Source: Candidatus Bathyarchaeia archaeon (GTDB lineage: Archaea; Thermoproteota; Bathyarchaeia; Bathyarchaeales; Bathycorpusculaceae). Taken from it: a stretch of DNA of 64,000 bases. Shown one piece after another: positions 8,019 to 18,643 of this stretch (within the stretch, counting starts at the first letter, position 1; each line of letters opens with the position of its first letter). The stretch is taken from positions 160,001 to 224,000 of the forward strand of contig JAVZNC010000002.1 of NCBI GenBank assembly GCA_038882955.1. Reading direction: 5' to 3'. The position numbers and the translations under genes were made by a program. The notes beneath the pieces were generated by a model that ran no database searches, was not told the origin of the DNA, and saw nothing but the letters and a program-made list of their open reading frames with translations.

Positions 8019-11000
8019 TTGCAATTGAACAGTCAAATGAGCGAAGCCTATCATCGATACGTTCAAAGCCTTGAAAACGAATTTTGGCGGCTGTATAACA
8101 TAAGCGAAAGGACGCGAGAAAAGGGGTTAGACCCGGCGCTTAAGCCGGAATGCAAAGTTGCACGGGATCTAGCTGATCTTGTGGAGGGGCTAGTTGGACC
8201 GAAGGGCGTTGCCGAAAGCATCAGAAAACTAAGCGAAAAACTTCCAAGGGAAGAACTGGCCTTCAAAATCGCAGAGGAAATAGTTTATGGCAAATTTGGG
8301 CATATGGAAGCCGAAGCGGCGGCAGACCAAGCCATAAGGACGGCCCTTGCAATATTAACGGAGGGGCTTACCGCCGCGCCGCTTCAAGGAGTAGCAAAAG
8401 TGAAAATTAAGACAAATTTTGACAGAACACGTTATTTAGCGATATACTTTGCTGGTCCAATTAGGTCTGCTGGCGGAACAGACCAAGCTTTAACATTAAT
8501 TATCGGCGATTTTGTAAGACGTCTTCTCGGGCTTGATCGCTACAAGCCTCGAGAGGAGGAAATGCTTCGCTTTATTGAGGAGATGCGTCTTTACGAGCGC
8601 TCTGTTGGGCGCTTCCAGTATCACGTTTCCGACGAAGAATTGTTGAAGGCGCTTCAGTGGTTGCCCGTTGAGGTAACTGGCACGGAATCAAACCCATTTG
8701 AAGTTTCCACTTTTCGCAATCTTTCACGTATAGAAACCAACCGTGTTAGGGGTGGCGCCTTACGGGTTGTGAATGACGGCGTCGTTGGTAGGGCACCTAA
8801 AGTCTATGCGATTGTTGAGAAGCTAGGTATTCAAGGGTGGGATTGGCTAAAGGAATTCCGCAAAAAATCCGAGAATAAATCTTCTGGATTTATGGACGAC
8901 GTTATTGCTGGGCGGCCCATCTTTTGCTTTGCCTCAAGTCGTGGCGGCTTCCGTTTAAGATATGGGCGGGCACGCAACACTGGATTGGCTGCCGTAGGCG
9001 TCCACCCAGCGACAATGCTTATACTTAATGGTTTTCTTGCGGCAGGCACCCAAATGCGCCTCGAGCTTCCAGGGAAAGGCGGCATCGCGGTTCCTGTCGA
9101 TTTTTTGGAGCCTCCAGTAGTGCTTTTGAAGGATGGCTCTGTTGTCCGTGTAACTTTGGAAAATGTTAACGCAGTGAAGGACCAAGTCTCCAAGGTTCTG
9201 TTTCTTGGGGACATCCTGATCAGTTTTGGAGATTTTCTGTACAATAGTAAGGCGCTTTTGCCTTCGGGGTATGTTGAGGAGTGGTGGGTTGAAGATCTGA
9301 GGCGGGCGATTGCAGAAAGGTTTAATGGGGACGTACGCAAGGCTTCTGAGGCTGTTTGTATCCCCGTCGATAGGCTTAACGCGTTTTTGAAGGACCCTTT
9401 TGTTAACAAACCTACAATAAAGGAGACGGTTGACGCTTCATTGGTATTGCATGTACCTCTTCATCCAGCGTTTACGTTTTTCTGGTCTAATCTTGCTTCG
9501 GCTGAAGATGTTAAGATGCTTAGGGCGTGGCTTGTCAATTCAAGGGTGAAGTATGAGAATGGTTTAATTAAAGAAATTGTTGGTGATGATGATCCGAACG
9601 TTAAGCGTGCTTTAGAAGCGATTTATCTGCCCCATAAAGTCCTTGGCGACAAGATTGTTATTGAGGGTGAGGATGCACATGCTTTTGCTGTTTGTTTGCG
9701 CTACGGTTCGACGGAGAATGTGAACCTGCCATCTGACAAGCCAATTACCAAAGTGGTTAGTGCGCTTTCTGGGATTGAAATAAGGGATAAGTCTCCCACT
9801 TTTGTTGGCGCGAGGATGGGGCGTCCAGAAAAGGCAAAAAGGCGAGAGATGAAACCGCTTGTTCATGTTCTGTTTCCAGTTGGTCTGGGGGGCGGTTCTC
9901 AAAGAGACATTGTTGAGGCGGCAAGAAGGGAGCCTTACTCTGTGGATGTTGTTAAACGCAAGTGTCCATCATGCAACTCTTTTACATTTAGGATAAAGTG
10001 CCCTAGTTGTGGGGCAGAAACACTCCTGGAGAGAATCTGTCCGAAATGCAGCAGAAATCTGAAAGAAAACGAGTGTCCGGTCTGTAAAGTACCAGCTAAA
10101 ACTTACCAAAGACAAATTTTTAACTTTAAGGAAATGCTTGAAAAAGCCTGTGTCAGTCTTGGAGTTTCCGTTCCTAAGGTTTTGAAAGGCGTAAAAGGCT
10201 TAACAAATGAAACGAAGACTCCGGAAATTTTAGAGAAAGGTGTTCTTCGTGCAAAGTATGATTTGTCCGTTTACAAGGATGGGACAATACGCTTTGACGC
10301 CACAAACGCGCCTTTGACGCATTTTAAACCCTCTGAAATTGGCGTGTCCCACGAAAAGCTTAGGCAAATGGGCTATACGCATGACATTTTTGGAGCGCCG
10401 CTAACTAGCGACGACCAAGTATGCGAGTTGAAAGTACAGGATGTTATTATCCCGTTAAAGTGTGGTGAATACTTTGTTCGGGTTGCAAACTTTATCGATG
10501 AACTTTTGATCAAGGTTTACGGGCTTGCTCCATACTACAACATAAAGCGCATGGAAGAGCTTGTGGGGCATCTTGTTGTCGGTTTAGCTCCTCACACGTC
10601 GGTTGGAATTTTGGGGCGCATTATCGGCTTTACAACCCTAAATGTCTGTTACGCGCATCCAATATGGCATTCTGCAAAACGTAGGGACTGCGACGGCGAC
10701 GAAGACGCCTTAATGCTTGCGCTGGATACTCTAATCAACTTTTCCCGAGAATACTTGCCATCACAGATAGGTGGAATTATGGATGCCCCGCTGCTTCTAA
10801 TTCCTGTTGTTAATACGGCTGAAGTTCAGAGGCAAGCCCATGACTTTGATGTTGCAAGCGAATATCCCTTAGAATTTTATGAGAAAACTTGGAACGGAAC
10901 CGAGCCCAAACAGGTAAGCAGCATCATAGACCTTGTTGGGCATAGGCTTGGAACAGGGGCGCAGTTCGAAGGTTTCAAATTTACAATTCCAGTTTCAAAT

Positions 11001-11441
11001 ATAAACTATGGAAACCCTGAAAGCGCTTACAAACGGCTTAAGACCATGGTTGATAAGTTAAACAGCCAGCTTGAACTAGCCGAGAAAATTGAAGCAGTAA
11101 ACGCCAGAAAAGTAGCTTTGAAAGTGTTAACAAAACATTTTATGCGTGATATCGCTGGGAATATGCGCGCATTCTCCGCGCAAGGCGTTAGATGCAAATC
11201 ATGCAACAAACGCTATCGCCGAATCCCACTCCGCGGCGTCTGTACCCATTGTGGAGGGCAATTGACCCTAACTGTTTACCGCGGCGGCATCGAAAAATAC
11301 TTCGAGGCTGCACAAAACTTGGTTGAAAAATACAGACTGCCACAGTACTACGCTCAGAGAATCCGACTCGTTAAAGAGGAAATTGCCTCTTTGTTCGAGA
11401 GCAAAAAACCGCGGCAAATCAGTTTGACGGACTTTTCTTAA
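8019..11441 (+). CDS. polC: DNA polymerase D large subunit DP2
   Basis: AGPIRSAGGT, FRLRYGRAR, RMGRPEKA, KDGTIRFDATN, HSAKRRDCDGDED, C-terminal Zn finger; no intein. Confidence 0.98.
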   Translation: MQLNSQMSEAYHRYVQSLENEFWRLYNISERTREKGLDPALKPECKVARDLADLVEGLVGPKGVAESIRKLSEKLPREELAFKIAEEIVYGKFGHMEAEAAADQAIRTALAILTEGLTAAPLQGVAKVKIKTNFDRTRYLAIYFAGPIRSAGGTDQALTLIIGDFVRRLLGLDRYKPREEEMLRFIEEMRLYERSVGRFQYHVSDEELLKALQWLPVEVTGTESNPFEVSTFRNLSRIETNRVRGGALRVVNDGVVGRAPKVYAIVEKLGIQGWDWLKEFRKKSENKSSGFMDDVIAGRPIFCFASSRGGFRLRYGRARNTGLAAVGVHPATMLILNGFLAAGTQMRLELPGKGGIAVPVDFLEPPVVLLKDGSVVRVTLENVNAVKDQVSKVLFLGDILISFGDFLYNSKALLPSGYVEEWWVEDLRRAIAERFNGDVRKASEAVCIPVDRLNAFLKDPFVNKPTIKETVDASLVLHVPLHPAFTFFWSNLASAEDVKMLRAWLVNSRVKYENGLIKEIVGDDDPNVKRALEAIYLPHKVLGDKIVIEGEDAHAFAVCLRYGSTENVNLPSDKPITKVVSALSGIEIRDKSPTFVGARMGRPEKAKRREMKPLVHVLFPVGLGGGSQRDIVEAARREPYSVDVVKRKCPSCNSFTFRIKCPSCGAETLLERICPKCSRNLKENECPVCKVPAKTYQRQIFNFKEMLEKACVSLGVSVPKVLKGVKGLTNETKTPEILEKGVLRAKYDLSVYKDGTIRFDATNAPLTHFKPSEIGVSHEKLRQMGYTHDIFGAPLTSDDQVCELKVQDVIIPLKCGEYFVRVANFIDELLIKVYGLAPYYNIKRMEELVGHLVVGLAPHTSVGILGRIIGFTTLNVCYAHPIWHSAKRRDCDGDEDALMLALDTLINFSREYLPSQIGGIMDAPLLLIPVVNTAEVQRQAHDFDVASEYPLEFYEKTWNGTEPKQVSSIIDLVGHRLGTGAQFEGFKFTIPVSNINYGNPESAYKRLKTMVDKLNSQLELAEKIEAVNARKVALKVLTKHFMRDIAGNMRAFSAQGVRCKSCNKRYRRIPLRGVCTHCGGQLTLTVYRGGIEKYFEAAQNLVEKYRLPQYYAQRIRLVKEEIASLFESKKPRQISLTDFS

Positions 11442-11481
11442 GAAAGTTTTTCAAATCACACGCACATAATAATCTGGTAAC

Positions 11482-11745
11482 ATGTTAAAAGAACCCTACC
11501 ACCCAAAAGCATACTTAACAAGCGTCAAAAACATTAAACGTGGGCTTCTTGCAAGAACAAAAATACTGAACGTTTTAGATAAAGGTTCAGTTAAAGCAAA
11601 AACGCTTGCTGAACAAACAGAGATGCACTATAACGTTGTCGTGCACCATTTGAGGCTTTTAGAAACTGAGGGCATCGTGGAGCGTAAACGAAGCAAACCA
11701 AACGTTTGGACGCTTACTGGTCTAGGACAGAAACGCCTAATCTGA
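11482..11745 (+). CDS. ArsR-like winged-helix protein
   Basis: RTKILNVL...YNVVVHHLRLLETEGIVER. Confidence 0.75.
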   Translation: MLKEPYHPKAYLTSVKNIKRGLLARTKILNVLDKGSVKAKTLAEQTEMHYNVVVHHLRLLETEGIVERKRSKPNVWTLTGLGQKRLI

Positions 11746-11754
11746 TCATAGTCT

Positions 11755-12042
11755 TTAAAAAGTACATTTACATGGCGCTTGTCCACACTTTGGACATTTA
11801 TTATTGTATTTAGTGAGGGCTGCTTTTTCAAGGTCTATGTTTGCAATGTTTGCAAGGGAAGCAAGCCATGCGATGACGTCTGCAAATTCACCTTCCATAG
11901 CCTTTATGTCATCGGTTTCCAATGCTTCACCTAACTCCTTAACCTCGTCCACAAGCCAATTAAATGTCTTTGTTAAGCCCCTTTCTGAATCCCTATGGAA
12001 ATATAGTTGCCGCATTAACTCCTGAAACTCATGTATGTGCAT
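11755..12042 (-). CDS. MazG-family nucleotide pyrophosphohydrolase
   Basis: WLVDEVKELGEAL...EGEFADVIAWLASLAN; C-term CPKC..PCKC. Confidence 0.9.
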   Translation of the reverse strand: MHIHEFQELMRQLYFHRDSERGLTKTFNWLVDEVKELGEALETDDIKAMEGEFADVIAWLASLANIANIDLEKAALTKYNNKCPKCGQAPCKCTF

Positions 12043-12097
12043 GCATTTTCCCCTCGTTCCAGATCAGCCTTAAATTATTATACGTTTAAAGCTTTGA

Positions 12098-12520
12098 TTA
12101 TGGTAAGCTTTTCTGTCCCTTCGAGATTATGTGGAACACCTTGACGCCTTTCCTTTCAAGATGCGCTGAAATGAACCTTCTATGACAGTATTTTGGATTT
12201 GGTTCCATGCACATTATACACGTTTTCTTTTGAGAAGCTATCTCAAGCAATCTGCTAATTCCCTCCTTGAATAGTTTAGTCCGCATATACGTCTCATACC
12301 CGCCTCTCCTGTAGCCTCCGAGCTCTCGTCCTAACCAGACATACTCTATACCATTTTCTGCGAGCCATTTATCCATGTTTTCTCTTTTAAAATGCTCAAC
12401 CTTTGATGTTGGAAAGCGGCGAACATCCACCAGAACTTGAATTCCTTGATCCTTTAAAAGTTCGAGAAAAACGTTTATGGAACGATTGCTATGCCCAATA
12501 GTCCATACTGCTAGTTCCAA
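12098..12520 (-). CDS. DUF488 family protein
   Basis: TIGHSNRS, LVDVRRFPTS, IMCME...CHRRFI. Confidence 0.9.
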   Translation of the reverse strand: MELAVWTIGHSNRSINVFLELLKDQGIQVLVDVRRFPTSKVEHFKRENMDKWLAENGIEYVWLGRELGGYRRGGYETYMRTKLFKEGISRLLEIASQKKTCIMCMEPNPKYCHRRFISAHLERKGVKVFHIISKGQKSLP

Positions 12521-12581
12521 CGTTATCGCTTGCTTCTTAAACCTTTATCTAACATATCACAACTGTTTAATCCTTTACTCT

Positions 12582-13907
12582 TCAGCGAATTTTTATGTAC
12601 GCATACGCTTCTGTGCTGTTCTCGAAGCAATAATGAACCTTTTGATAATCTTTCCTAAACTCTGCCACATCCACTTTTACTTTTTCTGGATCTTCCCTGT
12701 CAATTACTACACGCTTTATGAACTCCGCTATCTCCGTCATTTCCGACTCGCGCATTCCAAGCCTTGTAACCTCTGACACACCAAGTCTTATTCCGCCTGG
12801 GTGTTGAAAGTGTCTTCCCTCTTTGATGTCCCATGGTAGCAGATTCCTATTAATAATTATGTTTGCCTTTTCAAGAGTTTCTTCAATTGTGCCTCCGTCG
12901 CCATGTTTTGTTACGTCTATTAGGATTACATGGGATTCCGTGAACCCTTTATGTTCTGCCAAAACGTTAAATCCTCTTTCATAAAGTGCTTGAGCCAATG
13001 CCTTGGCGTTTTTAACTATTTGACTTGTATACTCTCTTCCAAATTCTAGCATTTCTGCACATGCAATTGTTACGCCTGCAACTGCGTGTAAATGGTGGTT
13101 GCTCACCATCCCTGGAAATGTTGCACGTTTTATCTTGTCTGCGTATTTTTCCCAAGATAAAACTCCGCCATGTTGAGGTCCGAAAAATGTTTTGTGTGTA
13201 CTTAAGCTGACAACGTCTGCGCCTTCTCTTAAGGGGTCTTGGAATTGTCCTCCAGCAATTAGCCCCGCCACGTGTGCTGCGTCATAGCCAACTGTTCCGC
13301 CAACAGCCTTTATTGTGTCAGCTAACTCTTTTACTGGATGTGGGAATGGAAAAACGCTTGCGCCAAACATAACAAGTTTTAGTGATTTTCCCTCAACTGC
13401 AAGCTTCTCAATTCTGGTCTTTGCCTTGTCCACATCTATGTTCAACTCTTTATAGTCAAGCGGCAAATACTCAACGTTCAAACCGTGAACGGCACCTGCT
13501 GTTCCGCCAAGCTCCTTCTTCCCCATCGTAATGTGTCCGCCGCATGGTATTGACAACGCCATCATAGTGTCGCCTGGCTCCGTGAACGCCGTATAAACAA
13601 CCAGATTTGCGACAACCCCAGAAATTGGGCGAACATCGACAAACTCTGCCTTGAACAATTTTTTCATAAGCTCGATGCACTTGAATTCCACTTGGTCTAT
13701 GAAGTGGCATCCAGCGTAGACGCGTTCTCCGGGCCAGCCTTCAGCGTAGCGGTTTCCAAAGTCTGTTGTTAAGGCTTCTCTGACTGCTGGACTTGGAACG
13801 TTTTCGCTTGCTATTAGCGGAATGCTCTCTTGAAACCATTTATGATGCCTCTGTAGCAAGTCAAACACATAGTCATACTCTTTACGGTATGCCTCCATCA
13901 TTGACAC
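12582..13907 (-). CDS. glyA: Serine hydroxymethyltransferase (archaeal type)
   Basis: LIASEN, RYAEGWPGERVYAG, YDAAHVAGL, STHKTFFGPQ. Confidence 0.96.
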   Translation of the reverse strand: MSMMEAYRKEYDYVFDLLQRHHKWFQESIPLIASENVPSPAVREALTTDFGNRYAEGWPGERVYAGCHFIDQVEFKCIELMKKLFKAEFVDVRPISGVVANLVVYTAFTEPGDTMMALSIPCGGHITMGKKELGGTAGAVHGLNVEYLPLDYKELNIDVDKAKTRIEKLAVEGKSLKLVMFGASVFPFPHPVKELADTIKAVGGTVGYDAAHVAGLIAGGQFQDPLREGADVVSLSTHKTFFGPQHGGVLSWEKYADKIKRATFPGMVSNHHLHAVAGVTIACAEMLEFGREYTSQIVKNAKALAQALYERGFNVLAEHKGFTESHVILIDVTKHGDGGTIEETLEKANIIINRNLLPWDIKEGRHFQHPGGIRLGVSEVTRLGMRESEMTEIAEFIKRVVIDREDPEKVKVDVAEFRKDYQKVHYCFENSTEAYAYIKIR

Positions 13908-14009
13908 CTTGCATCACAATATCAGCTATTCAGAAATAAAAACTCTTTTGAGATAGCATAACATTAATAATAGCGAATGTTGAAAATATCAAACTAAAGG
14001 GTTAGCGAT

Positions 14010-14177
14010 ATGAGCAAGAAAAAGAAAGAGCGGTCAGCACCAATGCCTGCAGCAAGTGCAGGACTACTGCGCTTTTTTGAAGAGGAAACCGAAGGCGTAA
14101 AAGTTAGGCCTGAGCTTCTTGTAGGCTTGGCAATAGCCCTAATCATAATCTGCGTCCTAGCACACGTCTTCTTCTAA
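14010..14177 (+). CDS. secG: Protein translocase subunit Sec61beta/SecG (not in ORF track)
   Basis: Hand translation MSKKKKERSAPMPAASAGLLRFFEEETEGVKVRPELLVGLAIALIIICVLAHVFF*: AGLLRFF signature plus C-terminal TM. Confidence 0.92.
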   Translation: MSKKKKERSAPMPAASAGLLRFFEEETEGVKVRPELLVGLAIALIIICVLAHVFF

Positions 14178-14187
14178 CATTTTAGCC

Positions 14188-14475
14188 CTAACGCCTTGAA
14201 GAAGCGTGTAAAACCTCTATTCTCTGAACAGAGTTTAAGTGAACAAATATTTCGCTTCTTTCTTCTCTGCCAGCAACTTGCGGTATGGGCTGGGCAATTG
14301 TTGAACGCAGTATTATGGCTTCGGCGTCTGAAAGCCATATGCCCGAAGGCTCGCGTGTAACAGCGGCAAGCACACCCTCAAAACCATAGGAGGGGTCTAG
14401 AATAACACGTATTTTTTTGCCCAAATTTTTTTCAAGCATATGAAATATTGTTGGCGGGATTTCCTGTTCTGGCAT
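14188..14475 (-). CDS. Divergent Sm/Lsm-fold protein
   Basis: LEKNLGKKIRVIL...FEGVL...IWLSDA (Sm1-like) and EIFVHLNSVQRIE (Sm2-like). Confidence 0.6.
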   Translation of the reverse strand: MPEQEIPPTIFHMLEKNLGKKIRVILDPSYGFEGVLAAVTREPSGIWLSDAEAIILRSTIAQPIPQVAGREERSEIFVHLNSVQRIEVLHASSRR

Positions 14476-14700
14476 GTAGTTCGCAAAATGTTATAATAAT
14501 TACTTTGAAGATAAAACAGTTGCCCTTCACTTAATCATGGTTCTTTAAAGCTACACACACTTAAAATGTTTTAATGCGGTTTCTTCATTTTCCAGTTTTA
14601 TGTAAAATCGGCTGGCAGCTTCTTAACTGATTATTTAGGATGCTGTCTTAAATTTCCATTAATTTTTTAGCCGTGACTCGCGACATTTTAATATGTAAGT

Positions 14701-16554
14701 GTGTTTCTCATTGAAGATTTATTTGAGAGGGTGAGTGTGGCAAGCAACTCCCTTAGTGACTTCATGGACAGTGCTGTTAGACACTATTCCTCACTGTTTA
14801 AGCTTCCAACTTATGGCATGATGCTCCTTATTCTGGTTTTGTTATGCGTCGCCGCGGGGTCATTTTTTGGATTGCTTTTTTCTCCTTTCCCCAGTAACTT
14901 GTTATGGGGCTTGCTTCTGAGTGTTTTGTTGCTTTTTGTGACCACGATTTTGGACTATGCTAATAGTATGTTAATTTTGAGAGGCGACACCATCTATGAC
15001 ATAAGGAGAACAACAGCGTTATCCATATTCAGTTGGAGTGTTTGGCTTTTCTTCATCTTTCTCGGCAGCGTATTCTCTCTTCTTTTAGGCGAAATTTGGG
15101 GGGTCAAACTATGCCTTCTAGGTTTTTCTGCCGTAGTGATGTTTCGCTTAACCGTGCTTCTCTCGACATCACCTTCAAGCAGCAAAAAACTTTTCATGGC
15201 ATCGCTGATTAACCCACTCTCATGCTGCTTTCTGTTTATGGCGATGTGGGCGTCAACAGATGCTTCCATAGTGTTTCCCTTCATCACTTTCCTGGCTCCA
15301 GCAGTGGCGATAAGCATCGCTTCAAGTGTTCTCTTTACATACCTTATAAACCAAGTAGGAGTTAAGGTGATTGGATTCTCCGGATTATCGATTTTTAAGG
15401 CTTTTCTGCTCAATTGGATTACAAATTTGAACGAACCATTTGAGAAAATTTTGGAAGAACTTGGTGAAAACCGTGATGTCAAGGTCGACCTAATCGAATT
15501 CTGTTCTAAACAACCAAAAACTCTTGTTGTTGTGCCCTCTGTTCATCCTGGACCTTTCAAGAATGTAGGAAGCAGCCTCCTCCCTTCTATGATAAAAAAA
15601 TCTTTAGAAGAAACGCTTAAATGTACAGTTTGCGTTCCGCATGGCTTGCTTGGTCACGAGTTTGATTTAGCTTCTCAACTCCAAAATGAAAAAATGATAA
15701 GAAGCATTATCGAAAACGTGTGTTTTGATGCCTTTGAGGATAAGGCTTCTCCATTTATCAAAACTAGCGATGGCAAGGCGACTGCGTGTTGTCAAATTTT
15801 CGGGAAAACGGCTTTTATTGCCTTCACACTTGCGCCAAAAACGACAGAAGATTTTCCCCAAGAATTGGGTACGCTAGTATACCAAGAGGCCAAAAAACTA
15901 GGTTTAGACCATTGCATTATCGTTAATGCGCACAACAGCATTGACGGAACATTAAACATGGATGAAATGTTAGTTTCACTAAAAAATGTTGCTTCTTCTT
16001 GCCTTGAAAAGGCTGTTTCCTTAAAGCGTTTGCCCTTTGAAATTGGTGCTGCTACAATTTTTCCAAAGGAGTTTAGCCTTGGGGATGGTATGGGACAAGG
16101 GGGCATTACAGTTGTTACTGTTAAGGTTGGTAAGCAGAAGACCGCTTATGTGGTAATTGATGGCAATAACATGGTTTCTGGACTGCGAGAAAAAACACTT
16201 TCTGCTCTTCGTTTGATTGGCGTCGATGAGGGCGAAATTTTTACAACAGATACGCATTCTGTTAATGCCATTGTCTTGAACGAAAGAGGTTACCATCCAA
16301 TAGGTGAAGCAATAAATCACGAAAAACTAATCGCATACATAACAGAGGCAACAAAAAAGGCTCTGGACAACATGGAACGTGTTGCGGCTGCTTGTCGTAC
16401 AATAACTGTTTCCAACGTTAGAGTTATTGGAGAAAGCCTACTGACAAAATTGTGCCTTTTAATAGACACGGCTCTTAAAAGAGCAAAGGCCACAGTCATT
16501 CCAATCTTTGCAACCAGCGGATTAATTTTAATGTTAATTTTGGCGCTGGTTTAA
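14701..16554 (+). CDS. DUF2070 family membrane protein
   Basis: N-terminal multi-TM region; HPGPF..VGSS.LP, H..DL, AHN, DGNNM, TTDTH motifs. Confidence 0.88.
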   Translation: MFLIEDLFERVSVASNSLSDFMDSAVRHYSSLFKLPTYGMMLLILVLLCVAAGSFFGLLFSPFPSNLLWGLLLSVLLLFVTTILDYANSMLILRGDTIYDIRRTTALSIFSWSVWLFFIFLGSVFSLLLGEIWGVKLCLLGFSAVVMFRLTVLLSTSPSSSKKLFMASLINPLSCCFLFMAMWASTDASIVFPFITFLAPAVAISIASSVLFTYLINQVGVKVIGFSGLSIFKAFLLNWITNLNEPFEKILEELGENRDVKVDLIEFCSKQPKTLVVVPSVHPGPFKNVGSSLLPSMIKKSLEETLKCTVCVPHGLLGHEFDLASQLQNEKMIRSIIENVCFDAFEDKASPFIKTSDGKATACCQIFGKTAFIAFTLAPKTTEDFPQELGTLVYQEAKKLGLDHCIIVNAHNSIDGTLNMDEMLVSLKNVASSCLEKAVSLKRLPFEIGAATIFPKEFSLGDGMGQGGITVVTVKVGKQKTAYVVIDGNNMVSGLREKTLSALRLIGVDEGEIFTTDTHSVNAIVLNERGYHPIGEAINHEKLIAYITEATKKALDNMERVAAACRTITVSNVRVIGESLLTKLCLLIDTALKRAKATVIPIFATSGLILMLILALV

Positions 16555-16611
16555 GCTAACACTAATAAGAGTGAAGCAGTCCAATTTCATCTTCAATAGA
16601 AGGGGGAGGCG

Positions 16612-17169
16612 TTGCTCAAAGAAATACGTATTCACGGACGAGGTGGACAAGGGGGCGTTACTGCTGCAGAGTTATTGGCACACGCAGCTTTTATTGAAGG
16701 GAAATGGGTTCAAGCCTTTCCATATTTCGGCGCCGAGAGGCGCGGTGCCCCAGTTAAGGCATTTGCAAGAATAAGCGATGAGCCAATACTTGTCCACAGC
16801 CAAATCTACAACCCAGACTATGTAATCGTACTTGACCCAGCAATTTACAAGTTTGTAGACGTAACAGAAGGACTGAAAAAAGACGGAATAATATTAATGA
16901 ACACCACAAAAAAACCCGAAGAAGTAGAACTCAAGGGCTGGCGAATCGCAACGGTCGATGCGACTGGCATAGCACTGGAATTAAACCTTCTAGTTGCTGG
17001 ACTACCTGTTGTTAACTCCGCAATTGTAGGAGCCTTTGCAAAAGCAACCGGCGAGATTAAACTACAAAGTGCCTTAAAAGTTATTAGAGAAGTATGGCCT
17101 GGCGCCGCTGGCGAAAAGAACGCGCGAGCAGCAGAGCTTGCCTATAACCGCCTCATAAAAGGATGGTGA
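16612..17169 (+). CDS. porG: 2-oxoacid:ferredoxin oxidoreductase gamma subunit
   Basis: EIRIHGRGGQGGVTAA, FGAERRGAPV. Confidence 0.95.
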   Translation: MLKEIRIHGRGGQGGVTAAELLAHAAFIEGKWVQAFPYFGAERRGAPVKAFARISDEPILVHSQIYNPDYVIVLDPAIYKFVDVTEGLKKDGIILMNTTKKPEEVELKGWRIATVDATGIALELNLLVAGLPVVNSAIVGAFAKATGEIKLQSALKVIREVWPGAAGEKNARAAELAYNRLIKGW

Positions 17170-17174
17170 AATGC

Positions 17175-17459
17175 ATGTATAAAATTCCCAAAACTAGAAA
17201 GGAAATGCCTTTGACGCCATTGTCAATCCCTACAGTGGGTAGTATGGGAAAAACTGGATCTTGGAGAACGTTCCGTCCAAAAATTGACTACTCTAAATGT
17301 ACACGCTGTGCACTTTGCTGGATTTATTGCCCAGACGCCGCCATATCACGTCAAGATGATGACACTCCAGTAATAGATTATGATTACTGTAAGGGCTGTG
17401 GAATATGTGCTAACGAGTGTCCAGTAAAAGCGATAACAATGCACAGAGAGGAGGAATAA
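17175..17459 (+). CDS. porD: 2-oxoacid:ferredoxin oxidoreductase delta subunit
   Basis: KTGSWRTFRP; CTRCALCWIYCPD and CKGCGICANECP. Confidence 0.95.
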   Translation: MYKIPKTRKEMPLTPLSIPTVGSMGKTGSWRTFRPKIDYSKCTRCALCWIYCPDAAISRQDDDTPVIDYDYCKGCGICANECPVKAITMHREEE

Positions 17460-17460
17460 A

Positions 17461-18639
17461 ATGGCACAAATGCTGATTGACACAGCAAACCATATTGCTG
17501 GTTACGCCGCGAAAGCCGCGCAGGTCAAGGTAGTTGCTGCATACCCCATAACGCCACAGACAACAGTTGTTGAAAAAATAGCAGAATTCGTTGAAAGTGG
17601 AGAAATGGACGCGGAATACATCCGTGTTGAGTCCGAACACAGCGCCATGGTTGCATGCATAGCCGCAGCCGCAGCTGGCGTGCGAACTTTTACTGCAACA
17701 TCCGCCCACGGGTTGGCACTAATGCATGAAGCCTTGCACTGGGCTTCTGGCTCGCGCCTACCAGTAGTCATGGCAGTTGTTAACCGTGCGATGGGTGCGC
17801 CGTGGAGCATCTGGCCTGACTTTAGCGACTCTCTTTCTCAGCGAGATACTGGTTGGATACAGTTTTACTGTGCCGACAACCAAGAGGTTTTTGACACTAT
17901 AATTCAGGCGTACAGGCTTTGCGAAGACGAGCACGTTTTTCTACCAGCTATGATTTGTCTTGAAGGTTTTATTCTTTCCCACACGTACATGCCCGTAAAA
18001 ATTCCAGATCAAAAAGAAATTGATGATTTTCTGCCGCCCTACAAGTGTGGTTGGCTACTAGACGTTAACAATCCCATTTCACATGCGAACCTTGTTTCGC
18101 CCGAATGGTACATGGAGTTTCGCTACATGATTCAAGAAGCTATGGAAAACGCTAAAACGCTTATTCCGAAAATTGACGAAGAATATGCCAAACGTTTCGG
18201 TTTCCGCCACGGCGGACTCATCGAAGAATACCTTTGCGAGGATGCCGATGTGATCCTTTTCACTATGGGAACTATGGGAAGCGAAGCAAAAATCGCTGTA
18301 GATAATTTGCGTAAGGAAGGGCTAAAAGTGGGAGCAGCGAGAATTCGTGTTTACCGTCCCTTCCCTATTGAAGAAGTGATAAAACTTTCAAGGCAAGCGC
18401 AGATGCTTGTAACAATAGACCGTCACGTATCCTTCGGAATGGAAGGTTTCCTAGCGACAGAAGTAAAAGCATCAATTCTAAACCAAAAAGACCATCCAAT
18501 GGTTGCCGGCTTCATTGCTGGTCTAGGTGGAAGGGACGTAACGTATGTGACAATTGAAAAAATTATCAAAAAAGCCCTGAAGTGGATGCGTGATGGAAAA
18601 GTGGAAAAAGAAACCGAATGGGTTGATTTGAGGGAGTGA
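17461..18639 (+). CDS. porA: 2-oxoacid:ferredoxin oxidoreductase alpha subunit
   Basis: AAYPITPQT, VESEHSAM, GLGGRD. Confidence 0.95.
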   Translation: MAQMLIDTANHIAGYAAKAAQVKVVAAYPITPQTTVVEKIAEFVESGEMDAEYIRVESEHSAMVACIAAAAAGVRTFTATSAHGLALMHEALHWASGSRLPVVMAVVNRAMGAPWSIWPDFSDSLSQRDTGWIQFYCADNQEVFDTIIQAYRLCEDEHVFLPAMICLEGFILSHTYMPVKIPDQKEIDDFLPPYKCGWLLDVNNPISHANLVSPEWYMEFRYMIQEAMENAKTLIPKIDEEYAKRFGFRHGGLIEEYLCEDADVILFTMGTMGSEAKIAVDNLRKEGLKVGAARIRVYRPFPIEEVIKLSRQAQMLVTIDRHVSFGMEGFLATEVKASILNQKDHPMVAGFIAGLGGRDVTYVTIEKIIKKALKWMRDGKVEKETEWVDLRE

Positions 18640-18643
18640 AAGT

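Noticed and set aside
8019-11441. Inteins in DP2 (also checked MCM)
   Set aside because: Lengths are typical of intein-free proteins and no splicing motifs interrupt conserved blocks
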